Positions 43,018 through 52,647 are shown, counted from the stretch's first letter. The stretch is DNA of 64,000 nt from a virus (IMGVR_UViG_3300007735_000798:40737-104736); one strand, 5' to 3'. Notes: generated from the letters alone by a model not told the origin. Translations and numbers: made by a program.

Positions 43018-44121
43018 TTATCCATGAACCATTTCATCAATATCAATTCCACGAATGACAGCTTTTAGTTCATCCATGGAAGAGAGTCGTTTCGCCTCTT
43101 CTTCAAGATTTTGTTTTTGTGCTTCCGCCAAATTGATAATACTTTTTCTACGCTCTTCGTCTTTCCATGCTTGAACAAGATTAAGAATACTAGCATTTTC
43201 CTGTTTACGTTCTTGAAGCTTTTTAGAGCGATCATCTACAAGTGATTTATATAATTTATTTTGTCTTGTTCGACATTGATTATATTCAGTTTGTAAACTA
43301 CTAATAGCCTCATTAAGGCTCATTTTGATATTACGCCCTTCATCTTCTTCAGAAGCTTGCCGTAATAATTGTCTTAAATCTTCAACTTGTTGTAAAATTG
43401 TAGAAGCCGTAACCACTTCAGTACAAAGAGTAATAAATTGATCTAGTTCTTCTTGAGTAAGATCATCTTTATCATATGTATAACGAATAAATGCATCTTC
43501 AAACAATTTACGGTCATCATCACGACGATATGTATTAATTTGATAGCAAAAACTAAAAGTATTCAAATATCTTTGTAGCATTTCAACTTGTTTAATTTGA
43601 ACAGCTTTTAATTTTTTATCTTCCCAACCCAAATTAAGATATTTATTTATTCGGAATAAAGTTTGATCCATTCTTCTTGGCGGAAAGTATTCTCCAATAG
43701 GATTATGTTCGGCTTCTTTGGGAACATATGTTGTTGTATCTAAATAAGTTGGATCTTTTTTTTGTAATTGCTCTACAAATTTATTTACCTCTCGCGCTTC
43801 AAGACTTAAATGAGTTAAATTATTATTTTTAAATAATATTTTTGCCATATCAAGATAATGTTGATTCTTATAATTATTTTTTATAAATTCTTCATGCTCA
43901 GAAGTTAATTTAATACGATCTCTTTGAAATACGGAACGATTTTTATATTCTATATTATTATCTAATAAAAATTGTTTTAAAATACGACCCTCTTTACTTC
44001 TACTATCAATATTTTCATTATTATAAGTATAAGCAGTAATTTCCGTTAGCGTAGCTTCAGGATTCTTTTGTAAAAACTCTTTTAATCTTTCTTGCTGTCC
44101 TAGTGTAAGAGTTTCTTCCAT
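43018..44121 (-). CDS. Hypothetical coiled-coil protein (possible terminase small subunit)
   Basis: 367 aa, helical; upstream of nuclease and terL. Confidence 0.4.
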   Translation of the reverse strand: MEETLTLGQQERLKEFLQKNPEATLTEITAYTYNNENIDSRSKEGRILKQFLLDNNIEYKNRSVFQRDRIKLTSEHEEFIKNNYKNQHYLDMAKILFKNNNLTHLSLEAREVNKFVEQLQKKDPTYLDTTTYVPKEAEHNPIGEYFPPRRMDQTLFRINKYLNLGWEDKKLKAVQIKQVEMLQRYLNTFSFCYQINTYRRDDDRKLFEDAFIRYTYDKDDLTQEELDQFITLCTEVVTASTILQQVEDLRQLLRQASEEDEGRNIKMSLNEAISSLQTEYNQCRTRQNKLYKSLVDDRSKKLQERKQENASILNLVQAWKDEERRKSIINLAEAQKQNLEEEAKRLSSMDELKAVIRGIDIDEMVHG

Positions 44122-44825
44122 TATAATACCTCCTTTACAACCTCTCTTGCTTTTTGTAAAATTTTAGATTTAATTTTACTAATTTGTCTATAAGCTGGAC
44201 GACCTTCTTTTAAACTTAATTTATAGCCCATTTTTTTTGCAACATCTGACTCATCTAAATGCTGTAAAAACATATAATCATAAACTTTCCATTCTATATG
44301 AGATAAATTTTTTTTCATCATTTCATGAAATAATGGTATTAATTCTTCTATATTAGATATATGTTCAGTATCATGTAAAATACTTTCTAAAGTTGTTTCG
44401 GGATTATCATAATTTGGGCTATGAATACTTAAAGGAAATTTTACATCATATGCAGATTTTTTACTTTTTTCCCATTTTTTATAATCTTTACAACTATTAT
44501 TTTGGGTACCATATATTGAACATCCATATTCTCCAGTATTAAACGGACATTTTAGACATGGTCTAGAAAAATTAGAATAATGATTTCTTAACATATTCGT
44601 CATTTGGTGGTTTATAACTTGATTTAGCCAGGGCCTTAGTGGTCTTTTTGCATCCCATTTAATCCATTTTTTATGAATATGAATTCGCAATCTTTGCGCG
44701 ACATCTTCAAAATCCATCCATGCTATAGCAGTTAAATGCCAACGATGTTTACGTTTTTGAATTTCAGAATTGATAATTTCAATCGATTCTTCAAAAGTTG
44801 GTCTTTCAACTTTTTTTCTTGACAT
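44121..44825 (-). CDS. Phage RNA polymerase sigma-like factor
   Basis: Region 2-like (DFEDVAQ...WDAKRPLRPWLNQVI), Cys-rich insert, region 4 HTH (LSHIEWKV...ESDVAKKMG). Confidence 0.75.
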   Translation of the reverse strand: MSRKKVERPTFEESIEIINSEIQKRKHRWHLTAIAWMDFEDVAQRLRIHIHKKWIKWDAKRPLRPWLNQVINHQMTNMLRNHYSNFSRPCLKCPFNTGEYGCSIYGTQNNSCKDYKKWEKSKKSAYDVKFPLSIHSPNYDNPETTLESILHDTEHISNIEELIPLFHEMMKKNLSHIEWKVYDYMFLQHLDESDVAKKMGYKLSLKEGRPAYRQISKIKSKILQKAREVVKEVL

Positions 44826-44826
44826 A

Positions 44827-45267
44827 TTATTCTTTTGGTCTAAATAGACCAGCTTCTTTTTGAAATTCTTCTAAAATTTGTTCTCTTGATTTAAATTCTG
44901 ATTGCGTATTATTTTCCAAATTTATAGGTTTAGATGGATTTTCAATTAAAGATGCAAAAGACTCTCCTTTATTTTGATAAATATCTAATTTAAATGAGGG
45001 TTTAATATTTTTAAGATTACTAATTTTAAATTCGTTAATGGTATCTTCCTCTGGGCTATATTCAGAATTATATAAAATATCATCTTCAATATTTATTGGG
45101 TTTATATTTTTCTTTAATTTTAATTCATTTAAAAATTTATTTCTTTTATCTTCTATATTACTTGATGTTAATTTATTAGCAAAAGATTGACCGCAAAAAG
45201 CACAAAATTTTGGTAATTCAATACCATATTGTGTTGTCTTACCACATTTGGAGCAAAAATATTTCAT
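44827..45267 (-). CDS. Zinc-ribbon protein
   Basis: CSKCG...FCAFCG. Confidence 0.7.
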   Translation of the reverse strand: MKYFCSKCGKTTQYGIELPKFCAFCGQSFANKLTSSNIEDKRNKFLNELKLKKNINPINIEDDILYNSEYSPEEDTINEFKISNLKNIKPSFKLDIYQNKGESFASLIENPSKPINLENNTQSEFKSREQILEEFQKEAGLFRPKE

Positions 45268-45353
45268 ACACTAGTATTTTATAGGTTTACACAAAAAAAT
45301 TCCAAAATCTCTTATATTAACTATTTATAAAATAACAGTGTAAATAACTATTG

Positions 45354-45941
45354 ATGTCGTCTTTAATCAATTCACAAGTGTTCGATATCATCAAAGAAGA
45401 TATTGAATCTCTTGATGGTCGTATTATATTATTAAAAGGAAATTATTGTGGTGGTAAAAGTAAATGTTCTGGTCTTTTTTATATGGACGCAGAAGATAAT
45501 CCTGTAATTAAAGTAGCAAAAGGATCTTTAAAAGAAGAAGAATGGTTTGGCGTTTTAATTCATGAATATTGCCATTTTTTACAGTGGAGAGATAATTCGT
45601 TGCTATGGGATAATTTTTGTGATCATGATATTACTTATTCACAAATTTTATTAAAACCACAAAAATACAAAAAAGAATTAGTTGCACTTTTTGAATTAGA
45701 AATCAATTGTGAAAAATTAGCAGTAAAAATTATAAAAAATAATAATTTATTTGATCATAAATATTATGCTCGAACAGCTAATAGCATATTATATAAATAT
45801 GCAATGTTATATAAATACGATAAGTGGCCAGAAGATAACAGGAAATATAAAAAAGTAGAAGAATTTTGCCCTAATAAAATTTTAAAGTCTTACAAAGAAT
45901 ATTTAAATATTCCAGAAAAAATTTATAATTATTATAAATAA
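45354..45941 (+). CDS. Putative zinc metallopeptidase
   Basis: LIHEYCH (HExxH) plus downstream E; GTGTAA upstream on the plus strand. Confidence 0.6.
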   Translation: MSSLINSQVFDIIKEDIESLDGRIILLKGNYCGGKSKCSGLFYMDAEDNPVIKVAKGSLKEEEWFGVLIHEYCHFLQWRDNSLLWDNFCDHDITYSQILLKPQKYKKELVALFELEINCEKLAVKIIKNNNLFDHKYYARTANSILYKYAMLYKYDKWPEDNRKYKKVEEFCPNKILKSYKEYLNIPEKIYNYYK

Positions 45942-46670
45942 TTATTTTTTAATATTTTCAAATTGGTCAATTATATAAGAAAGAATTTCAGAACGTACAA
46001 TATCTTCTTTACCGAATTCAAATGTATAAATTCCATGTTGTTTCGCTTCTTCATTATCAAACATATTAAATACTTTATTAAATCCACTTTGTTTAATATC
46101 TGACTGTTGCGCATCACCGCATATAAATAATGTAGAGAATTTAGCCATACGAGTCATTACAAGAAGAAAATCTTCTATACGACAATTTTGGGCCTCATCT
46201 AAAATAAAACTTGCGTTAGAAATATTAAGTCCACGTAGAAATCCCAATGGGATGCCTACAATTCTTTCATCGGCCATTAATGCTTTAACATGTGGTTCTA
46301 TTAATAATTCGTTTAATTTATCAACCATTGGATGTGTATAAGGCGACATCTTTTCTTCAGAAGTCCCTTTAATATAACCTATTCCATGAATAGAAGCCTC
46401 TACTGGCACGCGGCTATAATATATTTCACTTATTTTTTTATCTTTAATTTTTTGAAGTGAACAATATACGGCAAGTAAAGTTTTACTTGTACCAGCGACT
46501 CCTTTAGTAATAATTACTTTTGTATTTTTGTCACTAGCAAGTTTAATAAACTCTTTTTGTTTATCTGTCCATGGAAGTTCTCTAATATTGAGATCAATAT
46601 TAATTAATTTTGTTTTTTTCTTCTCCGTATATGGAGAAACGTCACGAGGTTTTTCTTTTTTAGACTTCAT
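45942..46670 (-). CDS. phoH: PhoH-like ATPase
   Basis: GVAGTSKT, GYIKG, FLRG, ILDEAQN, GDAQQSD, DIVRS. Confidence 0.9.
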   Translation of the reverse strand: MKSKKEKPRDVSPYTEKKKTKLINIDLNIRELPWTDKQKEFIKLASDKNTKVIITKGVAGTSKTLLAVYCSLQKIKDKKISEIYYSRVPVEASIHGIGYIKGTSEEKMSPYTHPMVDKLNELLIEPHVKALMADERIVGIPLGFLRGLNISNASFILDEAQNCRIEDFLLVMTRMAKFSTLFICGDAQQSDIKQSGFNKVFNMFDNEEAKQHGIYTFEFGKEDIVRSEILSYIIDQFENIKK

Positions 46671-46776
46671 GAAAGAACACTTATATTTACACTATATTCA
46701 TAATAGACACTTTTTATTTCATTTTTTAAAAAAAATTTTTGAACATATTTTAATATATTGAGTCTAATATCGCACT

Positions 46777-47184
46777 ATGAATATTAATACAACTTTAATT
46801 CCAAAATTAACTGGAAACAATACATGGTCATTTATTGATACTATAGATAGTATGTTACCACCATCTTTTTCTAATGTATTTGATATTGTTACAAGTCCAT
46901 CATATAGTTTTTCCAATACGATTGGATTTAAAGAATCGCAAAAAGATTCTTTTAACTTAGAAATTGAACTACCGCGTTTTCGTAAAGAAAATATTAAACT
47001 TTCTACTGAAAATAATGTTTTACATATTAGTGCTGAACAAGATAATCTTAAATTTTATCATTCAGTCAGTATTCCTTCAACTTTAGATACAAATACAATT
47101 AATGCCAAATTAGACCATGGAGTTCTTTTAATATCAGCTAACAAATCCGAACAAGCAAAATCAAAACAAATTATGATTGATTAA
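46777..47184 (+). CDS. Small heat shock protein (Hsp20)
   Basis: ELPRFRKENI...INAKLDHGVLLI alpha-crystallin motifs. Confidence 0.85.
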   Translation: MNINTTLIPKLTGNNTWSFIDTIDSMLPPSFSNVFDIVTSPSYSFSNTIGFKESQKDSFNLEIELPRFRKENIKLSTENNVLHISAEQDNLKFYHSVSIPSTLDTNTINAKLDHGVLLISANKSEQAKSKQIMID

Positions 47185-47446
47185 TTATTTCAGAATATTC
47201 AGATTCATTAATTTCTATTAATTGCTCTATATAATTTTGAATAAGCTCATCATTATAAATAAAATCTATTAATACAAAATAAGCATAATTATTATTAATA
47301 ATTTGTGGGATTGGATCAATAATGTATTGCGCTTTATTATTGCTAATATATTTATTATATAAAGTATCATTTATACCCGCTTGTAAACCATCATAAGATT
47401 GTAAATTTATTTTATAAAATTTATGCATTAGTTGCTCACCCCCCAT
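47171..47446 (-). CDS. Hypothetical protein
   Basis: ~85-91 aa, overlapping the upstream gene. Confidence 0.45.
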   Translation of the reverse strand: MGGEQLMHKFYKINLQSYDGLQAGINDTLYNKYISNNKAQYIIDPIPQIINNNYAYFVLIDFIYNDELIQNYIEQLIEINESEYSEIINQS

Positions 47447-48225
47447 TTATTTGATAAATATTTGATAATTTTATTTCTTTCTGTTTCTGCATGTACAGAA
47501 CCAGTATAAATTAATATTTCATAAATTGAGCCATATAAAGGAGAAGTTGCCGCTGCAAGGTTATGTGATCCAATTATCATATTAGTTAGACTACTTGTGT
47601 TCATTGTAGCACTTAAAGATTGAAAATTATTTCCTCTTCCCAAGATTTGAGAAGTTGAACCAGAAAATATTGCATAAATAATATTTTTTCCACCTGACAT
47701 GGTTATATTTGAAATAGTAGATGTGGTGGCATTTTTTACACCAAGTTTTGAACCAGTATTTACTGTAAAAGTATATCGAGTTTGAGTAGAAATATCCGAA
47801 GGCCCTTGTTTAATAATTGCGGCTGGATTTATTGAGTTATTTCCAGATAAAATTGTTTGCGTGGCTACATAATAATTTAATGGACTGTTTAAAATATTAA
47901 TATTTCCAGTTAAAATATTTATACCAGAAAATTTTACAGCATTATTTATATATCTTGGCTGAAAAGATGGATTTCCATGGCTTAAGTTTGTTCCATTATT
48001 AATTTTATTTTCCCATAATGCTATTAAATCATTTTCTTGAGAGGGGATTCCCGTGTAAGTTTGATATACTCCATAATCACTACTATACCATGAGAAAAGA
48101 TATGGTAAATCAGTTGGAATAAAATCCCGCTGAAAAATAATTGAATTAGTATATATTCCAGTAGCAGAACCAGATCCAAAAATTAAATTTCCAAAATCGG
48201 TATTATTAATTCCTATAAAATTCAT
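47428..48225 (-). CDS. Virion-associated LamG-like protein
   Basis: GSIYEILIY...YLSNKWG C-terminus typical of phage LamG-like domains. Confidence 0.55.
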   Translation of the reverse strand: MNFIGINNTDFGNLIFGSGSATGIYTNSIIFQRDFIPTDLPYLFSWYSSDYGVYQTYTGIPSQENDLIALWENKINNGTNLSHGNPSFQPRYINNAVKFSGINILTGNINILNSPLNYYVATQTILSGNNSINPAAIIKQGPSDISTQTRYTFTVNTGSKLGVKNATTSTISNITMSGGKNIIYAIFSGSTSQILGRGNNFQSLSATMNTSSLTNMIIGSHNLAAATSPLYGSIYEILIYTGSVHAETERNKIIKYLSNKWGVSN

Positions 48226-48269
48226 TAGTATATAATATTACACAAATAAAAAATAATATAAATAAAAAT

Positions 48270-48300
48270 AAAACCCCCTCTATTGCTAGAAGGGGTTTTT
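48270..48300 (-). terminator. Intrinsic terminator
   Basis: AAAACCCCCTCTA...TAGAAGGGGTTTT hairpin flanked by A/T tracts. Confidence 0.7.
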
Positions 48301-48303
48301 AAT

Positions 48304-48540
48304 TTAAAACAGGCTTGTAAAGGCCATAGGGTTTTTTGCGATTGCTTCCAAATAAACTCTATAAGATTTCTTATAAGATCTAAATAATCGTTTAAAATAA
48401 TATCTGGCCAAACGAAATAATCCGAAATAAGTGTCAACGACTTCTTTCAAATCTTCCCGCTTTATCGTGCCGACATAACCGACATAACCATAAGGACCAT
48501 ACACAATTCCCTGTTGGGATGTATGATAACTTTCTTTCAT
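48304..48540 (-). CDS. Small Tyr-rich hypothetical protein
   Basis: 78 aa; strong SD AAAGGAGGT; own promoter and terminator. Confidence 0.7.
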   Translation of the reverse strand: MKESYHTSQQGIVYGPYGYVGYVGTIKREDLKEVVDTYFGLFRLARYYFKRLFRSYKKSYRVYLEAIAKNPMAFTSLF

Positions 48541-48568
48541 TATACCTCCTTTCCATACTATATATTAC

Positions 48569-48585
48569 AGCAAAAAAGGTGCCAA
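48569..48585 (-). promoter_or_regulatory. Sigma54-type promoter consensus
   Basis: TTGGCACCTTTTTTGCT (GG-N10-GC), ~30 nt upstream of ATG 48540; overlaps a TGTAATA late-type motif. Confidence 0.55.
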
Positions 48586-48607
48586 GATTGTTACAATATT
48601 GTCAAAT

Positions 48608-49933
48608 TTATCTAGTTTCGCGCCACTGCATTCCAGCAAGAACGTCTGTGGTATTTCCAGGCCCAGAAGCAAAATTTTTAAATACTATTGCAAATATATT
48701 ACTGTCAGTACTATCAATATTTTGACTTATATAACCACGTTTGGCAGCAGATGCATCTGCAATACTTGCAGTCCCAGCAGTTGTATTTCCAACCCCAATG
48801 CCGCCAGCTGTTAAAAATCCAACATCAAACATTAACCCCCCAGATGTACTATAACCAGTAGCATTGATATTATATTCAATAACACTTGCATCATCAGCAC
48901 TTACCCAAGATCCACCAATTAATGAAGCGCCACTAGGTAAACGCCAAAATTCATAACTACATAATTGATCTTTACTATATAATTCTGTGCTACCAAGTCT
49001 TACAATACTACGATTTGGTTCGCCTTGGTATCCAGTTTTTAGTCTTATTGCCATAACTGGCATTGTATTACCAGCTGTTATATTTCTATAACCAGTACTT
49101 CTGATTGAGAAATCAACACCCGCTTCTTTATATCCACCTTCACTAATTACAGTGGCACAAATTTGATCCATCTGTCCACTACCAGTTGGAGCGCCATAAT
49201 TTCTAAGTTCACACCGTATTGGTAAATTAGGATTACTCCAGTATACATTATCTTTTATATTACTATTATAAAATTGATGAGCAACAATAAGCTGCCCTTC
49301 GTGGACAAATCCAGCGCGAACAGTTCCTACTCCAAGCCACTCATAATCTGCATAAAATAATTGCGTTTTAGTTGTATCTAAATTAAAATATGAAGGGGCC
49401 GCGCCATTACATTTATCATTATTCCATTGTGATTGTGGAATAATATCATCATAAGTATATCCAGAAACACTACTTCTAAGAATCATTGATAGAGTACCAT
49501 CGCCACTTTGTTGAAAAAATATTCCATTTTTGTCATCAAATAGTCCAACACTTTTATTTGTTCCAGAACGCGGCGCGCGAAAATTAAAACTTTGAAAACT
49601 TAATTGACTTTTTCCAGGCATGTAGTGGTGATACATACGACTTTGATGTATGACAAAATCATTACTTCCACTACCTATATTTAAAACTGCTTTAGCTTTT
49701 TTAATATCAAAAGATATTGAAGAAATATTACCACTAGTTTTAGTTAATAATTCTGTTTCTTCTCCATAAACATGGCTATAATCGGCAAGAGTGAACGGGT
49801 CACTCGTTCTCATGCGACCAAATGCATCAATTAAAACTGGTTGTAGTGTTGCAGATAAACTGGGATTTACAATATTAACATTTACTGGAGTATTTCCACC
49901 TTCTTGTTCTATCTGTGTGATATTTGTTATCAT
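48608..49933 (-). CDS. Virion structural protein (DAFGR-motif type)
   Basis: ~441 aa; DAFGRMRTS, YMPGKSQ, DYEWLGVG motifs; exact start uncertain. Confidence 0.6.
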   Translation of the reverse strand: MITNITQIEQEGGNTPVNVNIVNPSLSATLQPVLIDAFGRMRTSDPFTLADYSHVYGEETELLTKTSGNISSISFDIKKAKAVLNIGSGSNDFVIHQSRMYHHYMPGKSQLSFQSFNFRAPRSGTNKSVGLFDDKNGIFFQQSGDGTLSMILRSSVSGYTYDDIIPQSQWNNDKCNGAAPSYFNLDTTKTQLFYADYEWLGVGTVRAGFVHEGQLIVAHQFYNSNIKDNVYWSNPNLPIRCELRNYGAPTGSGQMDQICATVISEGGYKEAGVDFSIRSTGYRNITAGNTMPVMAIRLKTGYQGEPNRSIVRLGSTELYSKDQLCSYEFWRLPSGASLIGGSWVSADDASVIEYNINATGYSTSGGLMFDVGFLTAGGIGVGNTTAGTASIADASAAKRGYISQNIDSTDSNIFAIVFKNFASGPGNTTDVLAGMQWRETR

Positions 49934-49959
49934 GCGTATCAATTATCATATTACACGCG

Positions 49960-50345
49960 AATTATCTAGTTAGGATTAAATTAAAATTATAGGAAAAATA
50001 CCCTCCACCGATTTTTTTATTTTGATTCTTTTATTATTTATTCATTTACTCTTAAAGTTTTAGAAATGGGTAGGGGGGTATACATATACAAATACAGAGA
50101 AATCTATACATTATTACTAGAATATATATAGAAAGAATATATGAATAAGAGCGATTAAATTTAAATTAATTAATATAAATTATTCTCTTTCTATAATATA
50201 TAGAATAGAATATATTATAATAGAATGGGTTAAAATAAAGATATTAAAATAAATATTCAGGAGATTGAAAATGGACCCCTCCCCCACCCTAAAATTAAAA
50301 CACTCGTTCGTTTTTTTCAAAAAGTGGGGGGGGACTAGGCTTTTT
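49960..50345. other. Non-coding junction between divergent late and early regions
   Basis: No ORF; very AT-rich with G/C homopolymer runs; coding strand and GC content switch here. Confidence 0.6.
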
Positions 50346-50415
50346 AAACAAAAAAAAGTTCAAAAATCTTAAAAAAATCCCTTGCTTTTTGGCGCATCTG
50401 TGGTATCTTGTATAC

Positions 50416-50706
50416 ATGAAAGATAAACAAAACCAATTCACCAAAGGAAGCGTGTATCGCTTCGATTACCTGTCTCGCATGGGACGCTTCCACTACCAGA
50501 ACGTGCGATTCGCTCGCTACGTTGGCCCCTTCAAGTTTGAAGGCAAATACACTTGGAGCGACGACTCCATCCCTGCTGGGAACTACTCGTTCGTCAACGA
50601 GAACAACGAACCTGTCCAGATCGTTGACTGGATGGTTAACGAAAAGACCGCACAGGTCGAAACCTTCGGCAAAAACGAAAGGAACTTCCTGCGTCAAGAC
50701 TGGTAA
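50416..50706 (+). CDS. Early hypothetical protein
   Basis: ATG 6 nt after -10 box (MKDKQNQF...). Confidence 0.75.
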   Translation: MKDKQNQFTKGSVYRFDYLSRMGRFHYQNVRFARYVGPFKFEGKYTWSDDSIPAGNYSFVNENNEPVQIVDWMVNEKTAQVETFGKNERNFLRQDW

Positions 50707-50749
50707 AAAAATCCCTTGACTTTCTCCACATCTCTGATATCCTACTAAC

Positions 50750-50980
50750 ATGAACACATACGAAAAACACATCACTCACAACGGAAGCGAATACTATCTC
50801 TGCACAGAGTATGCGTTCGATCACACCGACACTCTGCAAGTCTCTGACTTTACGCTGACCGATGAGGACGGCGAAGAAATCACGCAAGAGGCTTTCGAGG
50901 CTGACAAGGCTCTCTATGAGCGTGTCTGCGAAATCCTCGCAAACGAGGACGCTGTCTGCTATGGCGGCGCGCCTTGCTAA
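50750..50980 (+). CDS. Early acidic hypothetical protein
   Basis: Leaderless start; D/E-rich. Confidence 0.75.
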   Translation: MNTYEKHITHNGSEYYLCTEYAFDHTDTLQVSDFTLTDEDGEEITQEAFEADKALYERVCEILANEDAVCYGGAPC

Positions 50981-51012
50981 TTCAAACACTCGTTTCAAAT
51001 ACTCGTTTCAAT

Positions 51013-51087
51013 ATGCTAACACACGCTGCCGAAATCCTAACAGCCATTCTCATATTCGTCCTAGGCTTTGCCTTGCTCTGTATATAA
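51013..51087 (+). CDS. 24-aa single-TM peptide
   Basis: MLTHAAEILTAILIFVLGFALLCI; stop lies inside repeat R1. Confidence 0.45.
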   Translation: MLTHAAEILTAILIFVLGFALLCI

Positions 51088-51160
51088 GCCGTTGATAATC
51101 AACAGGTTACGACGGGGCGCCCCGCCGCGCGACGCAAGTCCTTGGTAATCAGCGACTTAC
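51084..51160 (+). repeat. 77-bp double-palindrome element R1
   Basis: ATAAGCCGTTGATAATCAACAGGTTAC + GC core + GCAAGTCCTTGGTAATCAGCGACTTAC. Confidence 0.9.
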
Positions 51161-51279
51161 ACAAACACACATTCAGAAAGCGTGCCAACTCACAAAACTT
51201 TTTTCTATCAACAAAAAAAACTTTCAACAACCGCAAAAAAATCTCTTGCTTTTTCCGTGCGCTGTGCTATTCTATATCC

Positions 51280-51498
51280 ATGTTCAAGATCAGATACCAA
51301 CTCATCCACAATCGTGGCTGCGAAACAGTCACCATCCAAAACCGCTCGGTCAAGCGCGCCATGCGTATGGCACGCACCCAAGCGTGGGATCAATACGCGC
51401 AATCGGGCGCGACTAACTGGGCCGATGTGTGGCTCACCATCACCAACCCCTACGGCAAGGTCGTCTATGCGGACTTTGCTCCGTCATCAGCGATCTGA
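51280..51498 (+). CDS. Early hypothetical protein
   Basis: Leaderless start MFKIRYQL. Confidence 0.7.
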   Translation: MFKIRYQLIHNRGCETVTIQNRSVKRAMRMARTQAWDQYAQSGATNWADVWLTITNPYGKVVYADFAPSSAI

Positions 51499-51540
51499 AA
51501 AATCGCTTGACTTTTCTCTTTCTTCTGCTATCCTTTAATC

Positions 51541-51915
51541 ATGAACAACGAAAACACCACATTCAACTTCAACGGAACCATCTGCAAGCTCGTCATCTCG
51601 GAGGACTTCGATGGTGACTGCACGAAACTTTGGCACGAACTCGTCAGCGTCGAGACTGGTAAGACCATCGCCACCCTCGACTGGTCGCCTTACTCTGTGC
51701 CCTCTGATGCGGAGGTCGAGCAACTTATCAGCCTTGGGGAAGTGATCCTCGGAGAATTCCACTTGCCCTGTGGTTTGCGTTTTGCTAACTCTCACCCGCT
51801 CTCACGCTTCAACTTCGACAGCAAGATGCTCGCCGCTTTTTTTGCTGGTGTTTACGGGGAAACTGTTGGCAAACTTGAACTTGTGTTCAGTGTGCGCCCT
51901 ACCTTGGCCGCATAA
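51541..51915 (+). CDS. Early hypothetical protein
   Basis: 124 aa; leaderless promoter. Confidence 0.75.
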   Translation: MNNENTTFNFNGTICKLVISEDFDGDCTKLWHELVSVETGKTIATLDWSPYSVPSDAEVEQLISLGEVILGEFHLPCGLRFANSHPLSRFNFDSKMLAAFFAGVYGETVGKLELVFSVRPTLAA

Positions 51916-51979
51916 AAAAACTTTCACAATCGCAAAAAAAATCCTTGCGTTTTCTCTCAACCTGTTCTATTCTTTAACC

Positions 51980-52198
51980 ATGAAAGACATCGACACCTAC
52001 ATCACCAACGCCCACTCCGACGATTTCGCCACGGAGGCGGAGGAGCGCGCCACCCTCAACACGTTCGCGGCAGAGCCTGCCGTCGAGCAGGAACCCGAAC
52101 CGCAACCCTACGATGGGTACGAGGGCCATTGGGCGGGGGATGGGTCGGGCATGGACGACCTCGCGGACTGGGGCGAGCAGGAGGGCTGGGACAACTAG
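51980..52198 (+). CDS. Early highly acidic protein
   Basis: MKDIDTY...SDDFATE...; leaderless promoter. Confidence 0.7.
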   Translation: MKDIDTYITNAHSDDFATEAEERATLNTFAAEPAVEQEPEPQPYDGYEGHWAGDGSGMDDLADWGEQEGWDN

Positions 52199-52260
52199 CC
52201 CAAACAATTCAAACGCCTGTTTCAAACGGGCGTTTGTTTTTTGCCCAAATTCCAAGTTGC

Positions 52261-52337
52261 GTAAGTCCTTGATATTCAACCACTTGCATTGGCGCGCGGG
52301 GCGTGCGCGCGTAAGTCCTTGATAATGAACGACTTAC
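52261..52337 (-). repeat. 77-bp element R2 (inverted core)
   Basis: Arms GTAAGTCCTTGA...; core GCGCGCGGGGCGTGCG is the reverse complement of the usual core. Confidence 0.85.
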
Positions 52338-52461
52338 GTGATGGCTTGCGAACCCGCATAAATACTGGCTTCGCGGGTGTCAAGCTTTTTTTGCAAAAAA
52401 AATTTTGCGTAATCGCAAAAAAATCCCTTGCTTTTTTGCAGTCCCGTGCTATTCTTTAAGC

Positions 52462-52647
52462 ATGAAAAAGAAATACTACACCAAAGCGGAAATCGTGGAA
52501 TTCGCCACGAAAAACAAAGCCACTTGCACGCACGCATCGTTGGCTTTCAGTTCGTTCATCTTCACCAACCGCGTTGGTCGCACTTGCAAGGTTGCGTTTG
52601 ATCGCGTGGATCATGGCGTTTGGCAGAAAAAAATCTTGAAAAAATAA
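52462..52647 (+). CDS. Early protein, paralog of 54605..54787
   Basis: MKKKYYT...NKA.CT...V.F.RVD..VW.KKI. Confidence 0.75.
   Translation: MKKKYYTKAEIVEFATKNKATCTHASLAFSSFIFTNRVGRTCKVAFDRVDHGVWQKKILKK

Larger units (their letters stand above)
4060..49956 (-). promoter_or_regulatory. Recurring candidate late-promoter motif GTGTAA(W) (dispersed copies)
   Basis: TTACAC on the plus strand at 4060, 18475, 20576, 24233, 28268, 30110, 32605, 37151, 40162, 45287, 46687, 48238, 49951, each just upstream of a minus-strand start; GTGTAA at 45338 before the plus-strand gene. Confidence 0.7.
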
